Positions 36,544-50,770 of a stretch of DNA of 64,000 bases are shown piece by piece; position 1 is the stretch's first letter; every line of letters begins with the position of its first letter. Made by a program: the position numbers and the translations under genes. The DNA is from an uncultured delta proteobacterium (lineage in GTDB: Bacteria > Myxococcota > Myxococcia > Myxococcales > Anaeromyxobacteraceae): assembly GCA_963845515.1 (NCBI GenBank), contig CAWJSR010000057.1, forward strand, positions 32,001-96,000, read 5' to 3'. The notes beneath the pieces were generated by a model. That model saw only the letters and a program-made list of their open reading frames with translations, was not told where the DNA came from and ran no database searches.

Positions 36544-37223
36544 TCAGACCTTCGGCGGCGGCCGCGGCGTCACCGCGAGCACGCCGGCCGAGAAGTCGTA
36601 GATCGACTCCAGGCGGACGTTCCTGTAGCGCTCGAACTTGAACGCCATCCGCGAGAGGAGCGCCAGGAACGCCTTCACGTCGGGGCGGCCGGCGCGCCCA
36701 GCGGCCTTCCTGAGCCGCTTCACCTCAGCGATGATCGGCTTTCGCACCTCGGTGGGGTGGTAGATGTGCGCGCCCGAGAAGAGGAGCTGATCGCCGAACG
36801 GGAGCAGGCGCGCCTCGAGCAGGTCCCCCTTCTTCAACCCGGCGAGCTGGCGCCGCTCGGCGACGTCGTGGTCGACGTCGTCGAAGACGTCGCGCAGGAC
36901 GACGCGCCCCTCGGCGATCTTGCGGACCTCGAAGAGCCCGTGGACGTTCCCGGTCAGCCGCCGGTACGCCTCCAGGACGGCCGGCTCCATCTCGGTGCCG
37001 TTCGCCGCGATGAAGTTCTCGAGCGTCGACGTCTTCTGCCCGTTGGGCCGGTAGTCGTACAGGTAGTGATCGAGCATCCCGTTGACGCGGGGCTCGTAGG
37101 TCAGCTCGTCCTCACGCGGCTCGCCGTAGCGGGCGTAGTGCTCACCGCGGGCGGCCAGCAGATCCTGCGTCCGCAGCTCCGCGGTGGCCCACGCGAGGAG
37201 CCTCTCATGGAGCTCCTGGAGGG

Positions 37224-37227
<4 letters not shown>
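36544..37227 (-). CDS. Conserved hypothetical protein
   Basis: ATGA overlap with the carA stop; [13 protein letters not shown]...LDHYLYDYR...GLFEV...[11 protein letters not shown]. Confidence 0.8.
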
Positions 37228-38345
<1,118 letters not shown>

Positions 38346-38351
38346 CTTCCT

Positions 38352-39641
38352 TCACTTCTCCCCGTGGACGAGCTTGCCGCCCACGAACGCATGCGTGCAG
38401 CGACCGACGAGCCGCTTCGACTTCCACGGCGAGTTCCGGCTCTTCGAGAAGCCGACCGCCGGATCGTAGGTCCACTCCACGGTAGGGTCGAGCACCGCGA
38501 CGTCCCCGGGTGCCCCCTTTGCGAGGCTCCCGCCCGGCAGCCCGAGCGCGCGCGCCGGGCCGACGGTGAGGGCCTCGATGAGCCGCCCCTCGGTGAACGC
38601 GCCGGTCCGTGCCACCGCGAGGCACACCGCGAAGGCGGTCTCGAGGCCGATGATGCCGTTCGCGGCGACGTCGAACTCCAGCGCCTTCTCCACGTCGGAG
38701 TGCGGCGCGTGATCGGTCGCGATCGCGTCGAGGGTGCCGTCCGCCAACCCCTCGCGGCAGGCCTTGACGTCGTCCGCCGATCGGAGCGGCGGGTTCATCT
38801 TGAAGTCCGTGTCGTAGCCCGCGATCCCGACGTCCTCGTCGGTGAGGGCGAGGTGGTGCGGCGTGACCTCGGCCGAGACATGGAGCCCGCGCGCCTTCGC
38901 GTCACGCACCGCGCGGACGGAGCCCCGCGTGGAGACGTGCTGGACGTGGAGCCGTCCACCGGTCAGCTCGGCGAGGGCGATGTCCCGAAGCACCATCACC
39001 TCTTCCGCCGCGCCGGGGATCCCCTTCAGGCCGAGCCGGGTCGACGTCGGCCCCTCGTGCATGACGCCCTTGCCGACGAGCCCGAGATCCTCCTCGTGCA
39101 CCGCGACCGGGAGCTTGAACGCCCGGGCGTACTCGAGCGCGCGGCGCATCAGGGCCACCGACATGACCGGCTTCCCGTCGTCCGACAGCGCGACGCAGCC
39201 GGCGGACCTCAGCTCGCCGAACTCGGCCAGCTCCTCGCCTGCCTGCCCCTTCGAGATGCAGCCGACGGGGTAGACGCGCGCGGCGCCAGCCGCGGCCGCC
39301 CGGGCGAGCATCAGCTCGGTGATGCTCGTGTTGTCGTTCACCGGCTTGGTGTTCGGCATCGCGACGACGCTGGTGAACCCGCCGGCCACGGCCGCGCGCG
39401 CGCCCGTGGCGACGGTCTCCTTGTACTCCTGCCCCGGCTCCCGCAGGTGGCAGTGGAGATCTATGAAGCCCGGGGTCACCCACCTGCCCCTGGCGTCGAA
39501 GACCCGCGCGTCCTTCGGACGCTCGACGCGCTCTGCGACCTCGGCCACGACTCCGTCCTTGAGGACGATGGTGCGGACCCCGTCGACGCCGCTGGCCGGG
39601 TCGATCACGCGACCGCCCTCGATGAAGATCGTCTCGCTCAT
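38352..39641 (-). CDS. pyrC: Dihydroorotase (class I)
   Basis: DLHCHLREPG, MPNT, KMNPPLR, ATDHAPH. Confidence 0.96.
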   Translation of the reverse strand: MSETIFIEGGRVIDPASGVDGVRTIVLKDGVVAEVAERVERPKDARVFDARGRWVTPGFIDLHCHLREPGQEYKETVATGARAAVAGGFTSVVAMPNTKPVNDNTSITELMLARAAAAGAARVYPVGCISKGQAGEELAEFGELRSAGCVALSDDGKPVMSVALMRRALEYARAFKLPVAVHEEDLGLVGKGVMHEGPTSTRLGLKGIPGAAEEVMVLRDIALAELTGGRLHVQHVSTRGSVRAVRDAKARGLHVSAEVTPHHLALTDEDVGIAGYDTDFKMNPPLRSADDVKACREGLADGTLDAIATDHAPHSDVEKALEFDVAANGIIGLETAFAVCLAVARTGAFTEGRLIEALTVGPARALGLPGGSLAKGAPGDVAVLDPTVEWTYDPAVGFSKSRNSPWKSKRLVGRCTHAFVGGKLVHGEK

Positions 39642-40594
39642 GCCTTGGCCTCGACGCCGACGCCCTCGCCGCTCGAGCCGCCGGCGAGGAGGTAGAGGAT
39701 CGCCATGCGGACGGCGACCCCGTTCTGGACCTGATCCAGGATGACGCTACGTCCCCCGTCCGCGACGTCCGGTGAGAGCTCGACGCCGCGATTGATCGGC
39801 CCGGGGTGGAGGACCACGCACGTGGGCTTGAGCCACTCCGCCGCCTTCTTGGCGTTGAGCCCCCAGTAGCGCGAGTACTCGCGGGTGTTCGGGATCAGCG
39901 GGTCGCCGATCCGCTCGTGCTGGATGCGGAGCATCATCACGGCGTCAGCGCCGTCGACCGCGTCCTTCAGGTCGTAGGCCACCGTCGCGCCCAGCTTCTC
40001 GATTCCAGCCGGCATCATCGTGGGCGGCCCGCAGAACCGGACCTTGGCGCCGAGCTTGGGCAGGCAGTGGACGGCGGAGCGCGCCACGCGCGAGTGGCTG
40101 ACGTCCCCGACGATGGTGACGACCTTCCCCTCGAGCGAGCCGAACCGCTCCCTCAGGGTGAAGGCGTCGAGGAGCCCCTGGCTCGGGTGCTCGTGCGCGC
40201 CGTCGCCGGCCGAGACCACGGCGCACCCGACGCTCTCCGACACGAGGCGCGGCGCGCCGCCAGACTGGTGCCGGATGACGATCACGTCCGGGCGCATCGC
40301 CTCGAGGTTCCTGACTGTGTCGACGAGCGTCTCGCCCTTGGTGACGGACGAGGAGCTCGACGTCCAGTTGAGCGCGTCGGCCGAGAGGATCTTCGCAGCG
40401 ATCTCGAACGAGCTGCGCGTCCGCGTCGACGCCTCGAAGAAGAGGTTGATGATCGACTTGCCCCGGAGGCTCGGCACCTTCTTGATGGGGCGGCGCAGGA
40501 CCTCCTTCATCGTCACCGCGAGATCGAGGACCTGCAGCAGCTCCTCGCGGGAGTACTCCGCCAGCGCGATGCAGTGCTTTTGACGTCCGATCAC
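39638..40594 (-). CDS. pyrB: Aspartate carbamoyltransferase catalytic subunit
   Basis: FFEASTRTRSSF, HEHPSQGLLD, HPGPINRGVE. Confidence 0.97.
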   Translation of the reverse strand: MIGRQKHCIALAEYSREELLQVLDLAVTMKEVLRRPIKKVPSLRGKSIINLFFEASTRTRSSFEIAAKILSADALNWTSSSSSVTKGETLVDTVRNLEAMRPDVIVIRHQSGGAPRLVSESVGCAVVSAGDGAHEHPSQGLLDAFTLRERFGSLEGKVVTIVGDVSHSRVARSAVHCLPKLGAKVRFCGPPTMMPAGIEKLGATVAYDLKDAVDGADAVMMLRIQHERIGDPLIPNTREYSRYWGLNAKKAAEWLKPTCVVLHPGPINRGVELSPDVADGGRSVILDQVQNGVAVRMAILYLLAGGSSGEGVGVEAKA

Positions 40595-41142
40595 GTCCCC
40601 CTCCTCGGCTTGACCACCACCACGTCCTCTGGGACCCCGTCTTCCCTCAGCCGGACCTGGACGTCGTCGGACGCCGCGGCGTCCACGACCGCCCCCACGA
40701 AGTCGGCGGCGACGGGCAGCTCCCTGCCGCCGCGGTCGACGAGGACCGCCAGCCAGACGCGGCGCGGCCGCCCGAAGTCGACTAGCTCGTCGAGCGCCGC
40801 GCGGACGGTGCGCCCCGTGAAGAGCACGTCGTCGACCAGGACGACGGTCTTGCCGTCGAGCGGAAACCCGATCTCGGTGGGTCCGATGACCGGCGCCGCC
40901 CCGCGGGCGGAGAGGTCGTCCCTGTAGAGCGCGATGTCGAGCGTGCCTGCGGGCAGCTCCCGTCCAAGCGCCTTGCCGAGCTGCGCCCGCAGCCGCGCGG
41001 CGAGCCTGACCCCGCCGCGACGGACGGCCACGACCGCCAGCCCGTCCGCCTCGCCGGCGGACTGAGCGCGGGACAGTATCTCCGCGCTCAGCCTGGCGAC
41101 GCTCCGCTCCACCTCGTTCGACTTCAGCGCGATCCGTTCCAT
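40591..41142 (-). CDS. pyrR: Bifunctional pyr regulator / uracil phosphoribosyltransferase
   Basis: LDIALYRDD, VLVDDVLFTGRTVRAA, VDRGGRELP. Confidence 0.95.
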   Translation of the reverse strand: MERIALKSNEVERSVARLSAEILSRAQSAGEADGLAVVAVRRGGVRLAARLRAQLGKALGRELPAGTLDIALYRDDLSARGAAPVIGPTEIGFPLDGKTVVLVDDVLFTGRTVRAALDELVDFGRPRRVWLAVLVDRGGRELPVAADFVGAVVDAAASDDVQVRLREDGVPEDVVVVKPRRGT

Positions 41143-41618
41143 CACCGTTGAGGCCCCCAGTCTGGGATGACGAGCTCCTGGGACAGGTCGATCGATCCCA
41201 CCCACTCCGAGACCTTCTCAGTGTACGGGTATCGGATCTCGCGCACGTACTCGAACGCCACGCGGAGCGTCGGCGGCTGCGTGGACGCGTCGCGCTCCCA
41301 GGTCACGTCGGAGGGGAGCACGTTGATCGACGGGGCCTTCTCGGTCCTGCCGTCCTCGAGGACGACCTCGGTGGAGTCGAGGGCCCGAAGCTTCTGGCAG
41401 AGCTTCTCGACCAGCGCGACGTCGTCCCTGTTCTTGATCGCCTGGTTCATGTAGTCGCGCACGGCCTGCTTGGCCTCGTAATGCAGGACGTAGACGGGGG
41501 CCCAGACGATGGTCAGGTAGACCGCCACGGCAAGCGCCGCGAGGATGAGCAGGGTGACCCAGGAGACTCCGCCACGCTCGTACCGGCGCGGACGGTCGTT
41601 CGAGGAGTGGGGGGCCAT
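41142..41618 (-). CDS. Hypothetical membrane-anchored protein (DUF4845 / pilin-like N-terminus)
   Basis: RGGVSWVTLLILAALAVAVY; located after lepA-lepB, where DUF4845 genes often lie. Confidence 0.7.
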   Translation of the reverse strand: MAPHSSNDRPRRYERGGVSWVTLLILAALAVAVYLTIVWAPVYVLHYEAKQAVRDYMNQAIKNRDDVALVEKLCQKLRALDSTEVVLEDGRTEKAPSINVLPSDVTWERDASTQPPTLRVAFEYVREIRYPYTEKVSEWVGSIDLSQELVIPDWGPQR

Positions 41619-41637
41619 TGAGGTCTCGCTTCTACCG

Positions 41638-42657
41638 TTACTCGACGACTTTGAAAAGGCGATCGAACCGGGGGCCCCGTGCTCCGCCGCCCCCGCCGCC
41701 CCTGCCCCAGTTCCAGGCCACCGCGACGGCCTTGCCCTTGATCCGTGAAAACGGGACCTGCCAGCCCCCGCCCTGCCGGCTGTCGGCCGACCGATCCCGG
41801 TTGTCACCCAGCACGAAGAGGTGACCAGGCCGGACGACCTCGAAGGGGCCTTCCTGGGCGCCCGCCCTGACACGCCTACACTGGAGGACGTCGTGCGCGC
41901 GCGCCCCGGCCGCGGCGGAGGCGGTCCAGCTCGCCTCGACGTCCACCGGCATCGCGCTGGCAGGCCGAGCGATGGTCCCCACCGCGATCCGCTCACGCTG
42001 GACCCGGCAGGTGTCGGTCCACCAGACTCCGGTCTCCTCGTTCAGCTCGTCGTAAGCCAGCTCGCCGGCAGGCTCTCGAGGCTGCGGCACCCCGTTGACG
42101 AGGAGCACCTGCTCGCGGATCTCCACCACGTCGCCGGGGAGCCCGACCACGCGCTTGACCCAGTCCTCGCGCAGTCCGCGCGGCCCTGACAGCACGACCA
42201 CGTCGCCTCGGCGGGGCAGCTCCCCGCCCAGCGGCCTGTAGCCGACGAACGGAAGCCTGAGGCCGTAGGCCGGCTTCCACACGAGGACGTTGTCCCCGGC
42301 CACGAGCGTGGGGACCATCGACCCCGAGGGGATCACGAGGGTCTCGACCACGCAGGCGCGGAGCCCCAGCGCCGCGACGGCGGCGGCCGCGAGCGGGATG
42401 CCGAAGCGCCGGAGGAGGCTGCGTCGCGTGAAGCCGAGGTGCTCGTCCCACAGCCCGTCGAGCCGCTGGAGCGCGCCGGAGAGCCGCTCGGAATCGTCCC
42501 CCTGGGCGGCGAGCTCGACCTCGGCCGCGGCCGCGTCGATCTTCTCCCGCGCTTCCCCGATCCGCTTCTTGTGGCGCCGGGCGACGCGCCTGGCGTCGCG
42601 CGCGAAGCCGACGGCCTCCCTGCGAACCCGCGCCGCCTTGCGCACCGCTCCGTACAC
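41638..42657 (-). CDS. lepB: Signal peptidase I
   Basis: IPSGSMVPTL, VKRVVGLPGD, GDNRDRSADSR. Confidence 0.93.
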   Translation of the reverse strand: MYGAVRKAARVRREAVGFARDARRVARRHKKRIGEAREKIDAAAAEVELAAQGDDSERLSGALQRLDGLWDEHLGFTRRSLLRRFGIPLAAAAVAALGLRACVVETLVIPSGSMVPTLVAGDNVLVWKPAYGLRLPFVGYRPLGGELPRRGDVVVLSGPRGLREDWVKRVVGLPGDVVEIREQVLLVNGVPQPREPAGELAYDELNEETGVWWTDTCRVQRERIAVGTIARPASAMPVDVEASWTASAAAGARAHDVLQCRRVRAGAQEGPFEVVRPGHLFVLGDNRDRSADSRQGGGWQVPFSRIKGKAVAVAWNWGRGGGGGGARGPRFDRLFKVVE

Positions 42658-42667
42658 GGGACGCTCC

Positions 42668-44473
<1,806 letters not shown>

Positions 44474-44592
44474 GAGGTGCGGGGCTTTTAGCATGCGTCC
44501 GTGGTGAACGGCTACCCGCGGAGCCCCCAGCAGGAATGCTCCGGTCAAGCGATTTCTTCCCCCAACCGATATCGCCGCCGTAACCCCTTGAT

Positions 44593-44640
44593 CCGCCGTA
44601 TCTTGTGTGTCCCTGATGGGCACACCACCACAGATTGTGG
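44593..44640 (+). promoter_or_regulatory. Tandem NrdR boxes upstream of nrdJ
   Basis: CCGCCGTATCTTGTGT (44593-44608) and CCACCACAGATTGTGG (44625-44640), 32 bp apart, resemble the consensus acaCwAtATaTwGtgt. Confidence 0.75.
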
Positions 44641-44648
44641 TCTGGCGA

Positions 44649-44676
44649 TTGACTCCCGACGAAGCGCTGCTATTCT
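44649..44676 (+). promoter_or_regulatory. Sigma70-like promoter for nrdJ
   Basis: TTGACT, 16-nt spacer, TATTCT, immediately after the NrdR boxes. Confidence 0.55.
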
Positions 44677-44905
44677 GCGCCCCACGCTTCGATATCGGGC
44701 GGGTGAGGGAGGCGGGACGGTGGGCGGGCGGCGGCGGGAACCTCGGGGCGTTTTCTCCAAAGTCAGATCGCCGCGCTAAACCTCTGGCCCATTTCGAGGG
44801 CCGGTCAGAGGTCTCATGTGCAAATCAAGGTCGCCGCCGGGTGCGGACGACCCCAGGGGACGTGTTTGTCCGCGGGCGGGGCCATGCGGGCGGAGGGTTA
44901 GGCGA

Positions 44906-47675
<2,770 letters not shown>

Positions 47676-47714
47676 GGATCGTCGGCGAGCGGCCTCGGCC
47701 GTGCTTGAATCACA

Positions 47715-47754
47715 CCTCTCCCCCGCCCCGGCGGGGGAGAGGCTGGTGAGGGGG
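47715..47754 (-). repeat. REP-like hairpin repeat (CCCTCACC...CCTCTCCC/GGGAGAGG family)
   Basis: CCTCTCCCCCGCC-CC-GGCGGGGGAGAGG followed by CTGGTGAGGGGG; downstream of nrdJ. Confidence 0.8.
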
Positions 47755-47761
47755 CTCGACC

Positions 47762-47838
47762 TTGGCCTGGCGGATTGCGCTGACCGAGACCGCGGTGAGG
47801 CAACTCGACAAGGACGACGCGCAGCGCCGCCCGTCTAG
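47762..47838 (+). pseudogene. Possible N-terminal remnant of a RelE/ParE-family toxin
   Basis: MAWRIALTETAVRQLDKDDAQR resembles RelE-type N-termini; the resemblance ends where the convergent gene stops. Confidence 0.4.
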
Positions 47839-48425
47839 CGCCGTGAACCCAGCTCGAGTCGCACGAGCCCCAGGCTCAGCGCGCCGGTGGGGCAGGCTCC
47901 AACGCACTGCAGGCAGCGCGAGCAGGAGTAGTGCGCCGACGCGTTGGCCTTCTCGCCGAGATGGAGGCTGTTGCCGGGGGCGAGCTGCGCGACGTAGCAC
48001 GCCTTGTCGCACCGGCTGCAGTGGGTGCAGAGGGAAGGCTCGACGCGGACCCGCCAGACGCTGACCCGGTTCAGCAGCCCCTGCACCCAGGAGATCGGGC
48101 AGCCCAGCTTGAAGTAGCCGTAGAGCGCGCGCTGGCGGCCGTCCGGGTCGTTCATGCCCATGAGCGTCTCCATCACCGCGCCCATCGGGCACATCCAGCG
48201 GCAGAAGAACTTCCCGAGGACGACCCCCGACAGCGAGCCGGCCACGATGAGCGTGGTGAGGGTCGTGTAGCCGTTGGAGACGGCGATCCAGAGCGCAGCG
48301 CCCACGGAGATCTGGACCAGGCGCCGGACCGACACGAACCGCTGCAGAAGGGTTGGCCCGCGCTTCACAGCGGCAACGATGGCGTCCTTCGCTGCGTTCC
48401 TGCCCTCTCGCGATCTCTGTCCCAT
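47835..48425 (-). CDS. Membrane 4Fe-4S binding protein (NapH/MauN-like, short)
   Basis: GKFFCRWMCPMG, KLGCP, CTHCSRCDKAC, CSRCLQCVGACP; hydrophobic segments; start uncertain. Confidence 0.85.
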   Translation of the reverse strand: MGQRSREGRNAAKDAIVAAVKRGPTLLQRFVSVRRLVQISVGAALWIAVSNGYTTLTTLIVAGSLSGVVLGKFFCRWMCPMGAVMETLMGMNDPDGRQRALYGYFKLGCPISWVQGLLNRVSVWRVRVEPSLCTHCSRCDKACYVAQLAPGNSLHLGEKANASAHYSCSRCLQCVGACPTGALSLGLVRLELGSRR

Positions 48426-48530
48426 GGCGTGGGCGGTGGGAGCCGAGGGGCGGCGGAGCGGTTCGCAAGCAAGGTGCGTGGTACGCACGACGTCAGTTGG
48501 ACTTTGAGCAGTCCAATCCGAAAATCGTCT

Positions 48531-48872
48531 TCAAGTGATCGTTCGGATCGCCCATCCACCCTCTTCTGCGAGATCCACGCACTGGGCCTTGGTTGATGCG
48601 AACTTGCGGGCACCAGTCGGGAGGACATCTAGGTACACGAAGACGGCACACCCCTTCTTCGCGCGGGGGTTCTCTTGCCACGCGAGTCGCTCGTAGGATT
48701 CTCCTTCCTTCCGTACATCCGGGGGGCGCACACCGCTGAACGCCGCCCTCACCTCAGCGCGCGACATCCCACATCGAAGCGTCTTTGCCGCCGCGATGAT
48801 GGGTTCGAGTTGACTGGTTGGCTGAGGTGCCAGGGAGAGAGACGCCGTCAGAATCAGCCAATGAGCTTCCAT
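48531..48872 (-). CDS. Hypothetical exported protein with atypical lower-GC codon usage
   Basis: MEAHWLILTASLSLAP...LRCGMSRAEVRAAF...; start uncertain (48872-48884). Confidence 0.45.
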   Translation of the reverse strand: MEAHWLILTASLSLAPQPTSQLEPIIAAAKTLRCGMSRAEVRAAFSGVRPPDVRKEGESYERLAWQENPRAKKGCAVFVYLDVLPTGARKFASTKAQCVDLAEEGGWAIRTIT

Positions 48873-48943
48873 AACGACCATCATGCTGTCCGATGTAACC
48901 GGCGGCGGCAAGCGGCAGGAGGAGGAGCGTGCTCCCCTCTCCA

Positions 48944-49184
48944 CGTCGGCCCGCCGCCGCCCAGGGCGTGCCGGGCGGGTGGGCCCCGGCCTGGAGCGAG
49001 CGGGGCGGCGCCCAGCGGTGTTTGGCGCGAGCCGGGTCCTGGCACGGCGAGGTGACGCCACCAGCGAACGACGGGTGAGCGTGCGTCGCCCGACGCCATG
49101 GGAAGACTGCTGAGCAAGGAGGACCGGTCGGCGAGTGAAGCCCGGGGGGTATCCGCCCGGACGCCCCAAGGCGGCGGGCCGACG
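48944..49184. repeat. 241-bp MITE-like fold-back element
   Basis: 15-bp perfect terminal inverted repeats CGTCGGCCCGCCGCC (48944-48958 and 49170-49184); inner near-perfect arm GGGCGT(G)CCGGGCGG / CCGCCCGGACGCCC; CCA on both flanks. Confidence 0.6.
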
Positions 49185-49202
49185 CCATGGTGCCTGGCTG
49201 CT

Positions 49203-49251
49203 CCCTCACCCTGGCCCTTCATAGGATCTCTCCCTCGATGAGGGCGAGGGG
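49203..49251 (+). repeat. Degenerate REP-like hairpin repeat copy
   Basis: CCCTCACCCTGGCCC ... CTCTCCCTC-GAT-GAGGGCGAGGGG. Confidence 0.6.
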
Positions 49252-49357
49252 ACGTTACCGAGGGGAGACCCTCTCGCTTCTCGACGGCCTGCTGATATGG
49301 TTGGACCCGTCAACAGGTCGGCTCGTCGTTCGCGGGGTCGGCCTCTTCTTTCTGGAC

Positions 49358-49562
49358 TCGGACGGCCAAGGCGACGGACGAGGCGGTGCTTAGAGCGACG
49401 GCGGATCAGCCTGATATTCGCGGGTTGGTTACCGCATGACCTGAATCCGTCGGGGGCTGCCTCGGTCTAGTGGCGAGCGTCGGGTCCGATGGAGCCTGCC
49501 CATAGCAGGCGCGAGGATTCCCCTTTGGCCGGGCCCGCTCGTCCGTCGCCTTCGCCGTCCGA
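49358..49562 (-). ncRNA. Candidate bridge/seek RNA of the IS1111-type element
   Basis: Closing stem of about 24 bp (49358-49382/49538-49562). Guide-like segments TAGCAGGC (49503-49510) and CTAGTGG (49467-49473) match the two halves of the empty target; CTGATAT (49411-49417) matches the donor junction. Confidence 0.8.
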
Positions 49563-49574
49563 AAGCCGTTCGAG

Positions 49575-50677
49575 TCAGCTCGCCAGCAGCTTCCGGCTCG
49601 CGCGCGATGGCCCAGACGAAGCCGGCGAGCTCGCGCGCGATGGCGGTGACGGTCTTCTGCTTGTTCTTGCCGCGTGCCGTGAGCTTGCGGTACTTGGCGC
49701 AGAGCCGCTCCTGGGCCGCCAGGCGATGCGCCGGACCTCCGGCGACACGCCCTGGGCTGCGTCCCGCGATGGCGCGGCTCTGCCGCGGCCGGAAGCGATA
49801 GGCCCAGGCCGCCTCGACGAGGATGCGCCGGGCGTGGCTGTTGCCGGCCCGGGTGATCCGCCCTTGCCGGCGTCCCTCGCCGCTGGAGTGCTCCGACGGC
49901 ACCAGGCCGAGGTAGCCCATCAGCTTCGGGGCGCGTCTCGAACGCGTCGAGGTCGCCAAGCTCGGCGGCGAGGACGGTCGCGGAGATGACGCTGACGCCC
50001 CGCAGCGCCTGGCAGCGCCTTCACGAGCGGGCGCAGGCTCCAGCGTCTCCACGAGCTCGACGATGCTCTTCGTCAGCCGCTCCACCCGCTCGTCCAGGTC
50101 CTCGACGGTCCGCAGGTAGTCCTCGAGCACGCGCTGCTGCGCCTCGTGCTCGAAGTGCTGGGCCGGATCCACGTCGAGGTGCTTCTGACGTCCAGGCTCG
50201 TCTTGCCCGGGTAGCGCCGACCGTGGCGCAGCAGGAACTTGCCGAGTTGGTGCCGCGCCGACGCGCTCCGCCTTCTTGGCGTCGTCGCGCGCACGCTCCA
50301 GGTCTCGCATCGCCTCGGTCGCCTGGTCGGCACGTGCGACCTCGGTGAGGTCGCCCGACCGCAGGAACCGCGCCAGCCTCACTGCGTCGCGCCGGTCGGT
50401 CTTCACCCGGTCACCCGACCGCGTCGGCACGAGCGACGGCGCCACCACCACGCAGTCGATGCCTTCGGCCGCGAGCGCCCGCTGGAGCCCGAAGCCGGTC
50501 GGCCCGGCCTCGTAGCAGCACTTCACCTTGCCGAGCCGGCGCAGCCGCTTCAGCAGCAGCGCCGGTGTCGTTGCGGATGGTCGCGAGGTTCCCGGGCTCA
50601 CCACGCCCAGGTTCTGCGACCGCGATGACGATGCTGTCCGCGTGGACATCCAGACCGACGAATCGTACGTTTTCCAT
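49575..50677 (-). CDS. IS110-family recombinase (DEDD + Tnp20 domains), multiple frameshifts
   Basis: MENVRFVGLDVHADSI, CCYEAGPTGFGL, RVKTDRRDA, GLVPSEHSSG, RITRAGNSHARRILVEAAW, TAIARELAGF; GGAGG ribosome-binding site; 3' end approximate. Confidence 0.92.
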
Positions 50678-50770
50678 GGTTGGACCCGCCTCCCGCTGTG
50701 GCTCTGCGCCGTGGAGTACCCCTCTGCGGAGTAACCCACGTTCGCGTGACTGCGGGTCCAACCATCTTGT

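Noticed and set aside
41100..41200. PyrR attenuator upstream of the pyr genes
   Set aside because: The pyrR start abuts the stop of the upstream gene, leaving no leader, and I saw no PyrR-binding loop motif.
49494..49510. GCCTGC-CCATA-GCAGGC as a mere local hairpin explaining the target match
   Set aside because: The hairpin is possible as an alternative fold, but it does not explain the additional TA match or the independent CTAGTGG and CTGATAT matches at the expected loop positions.
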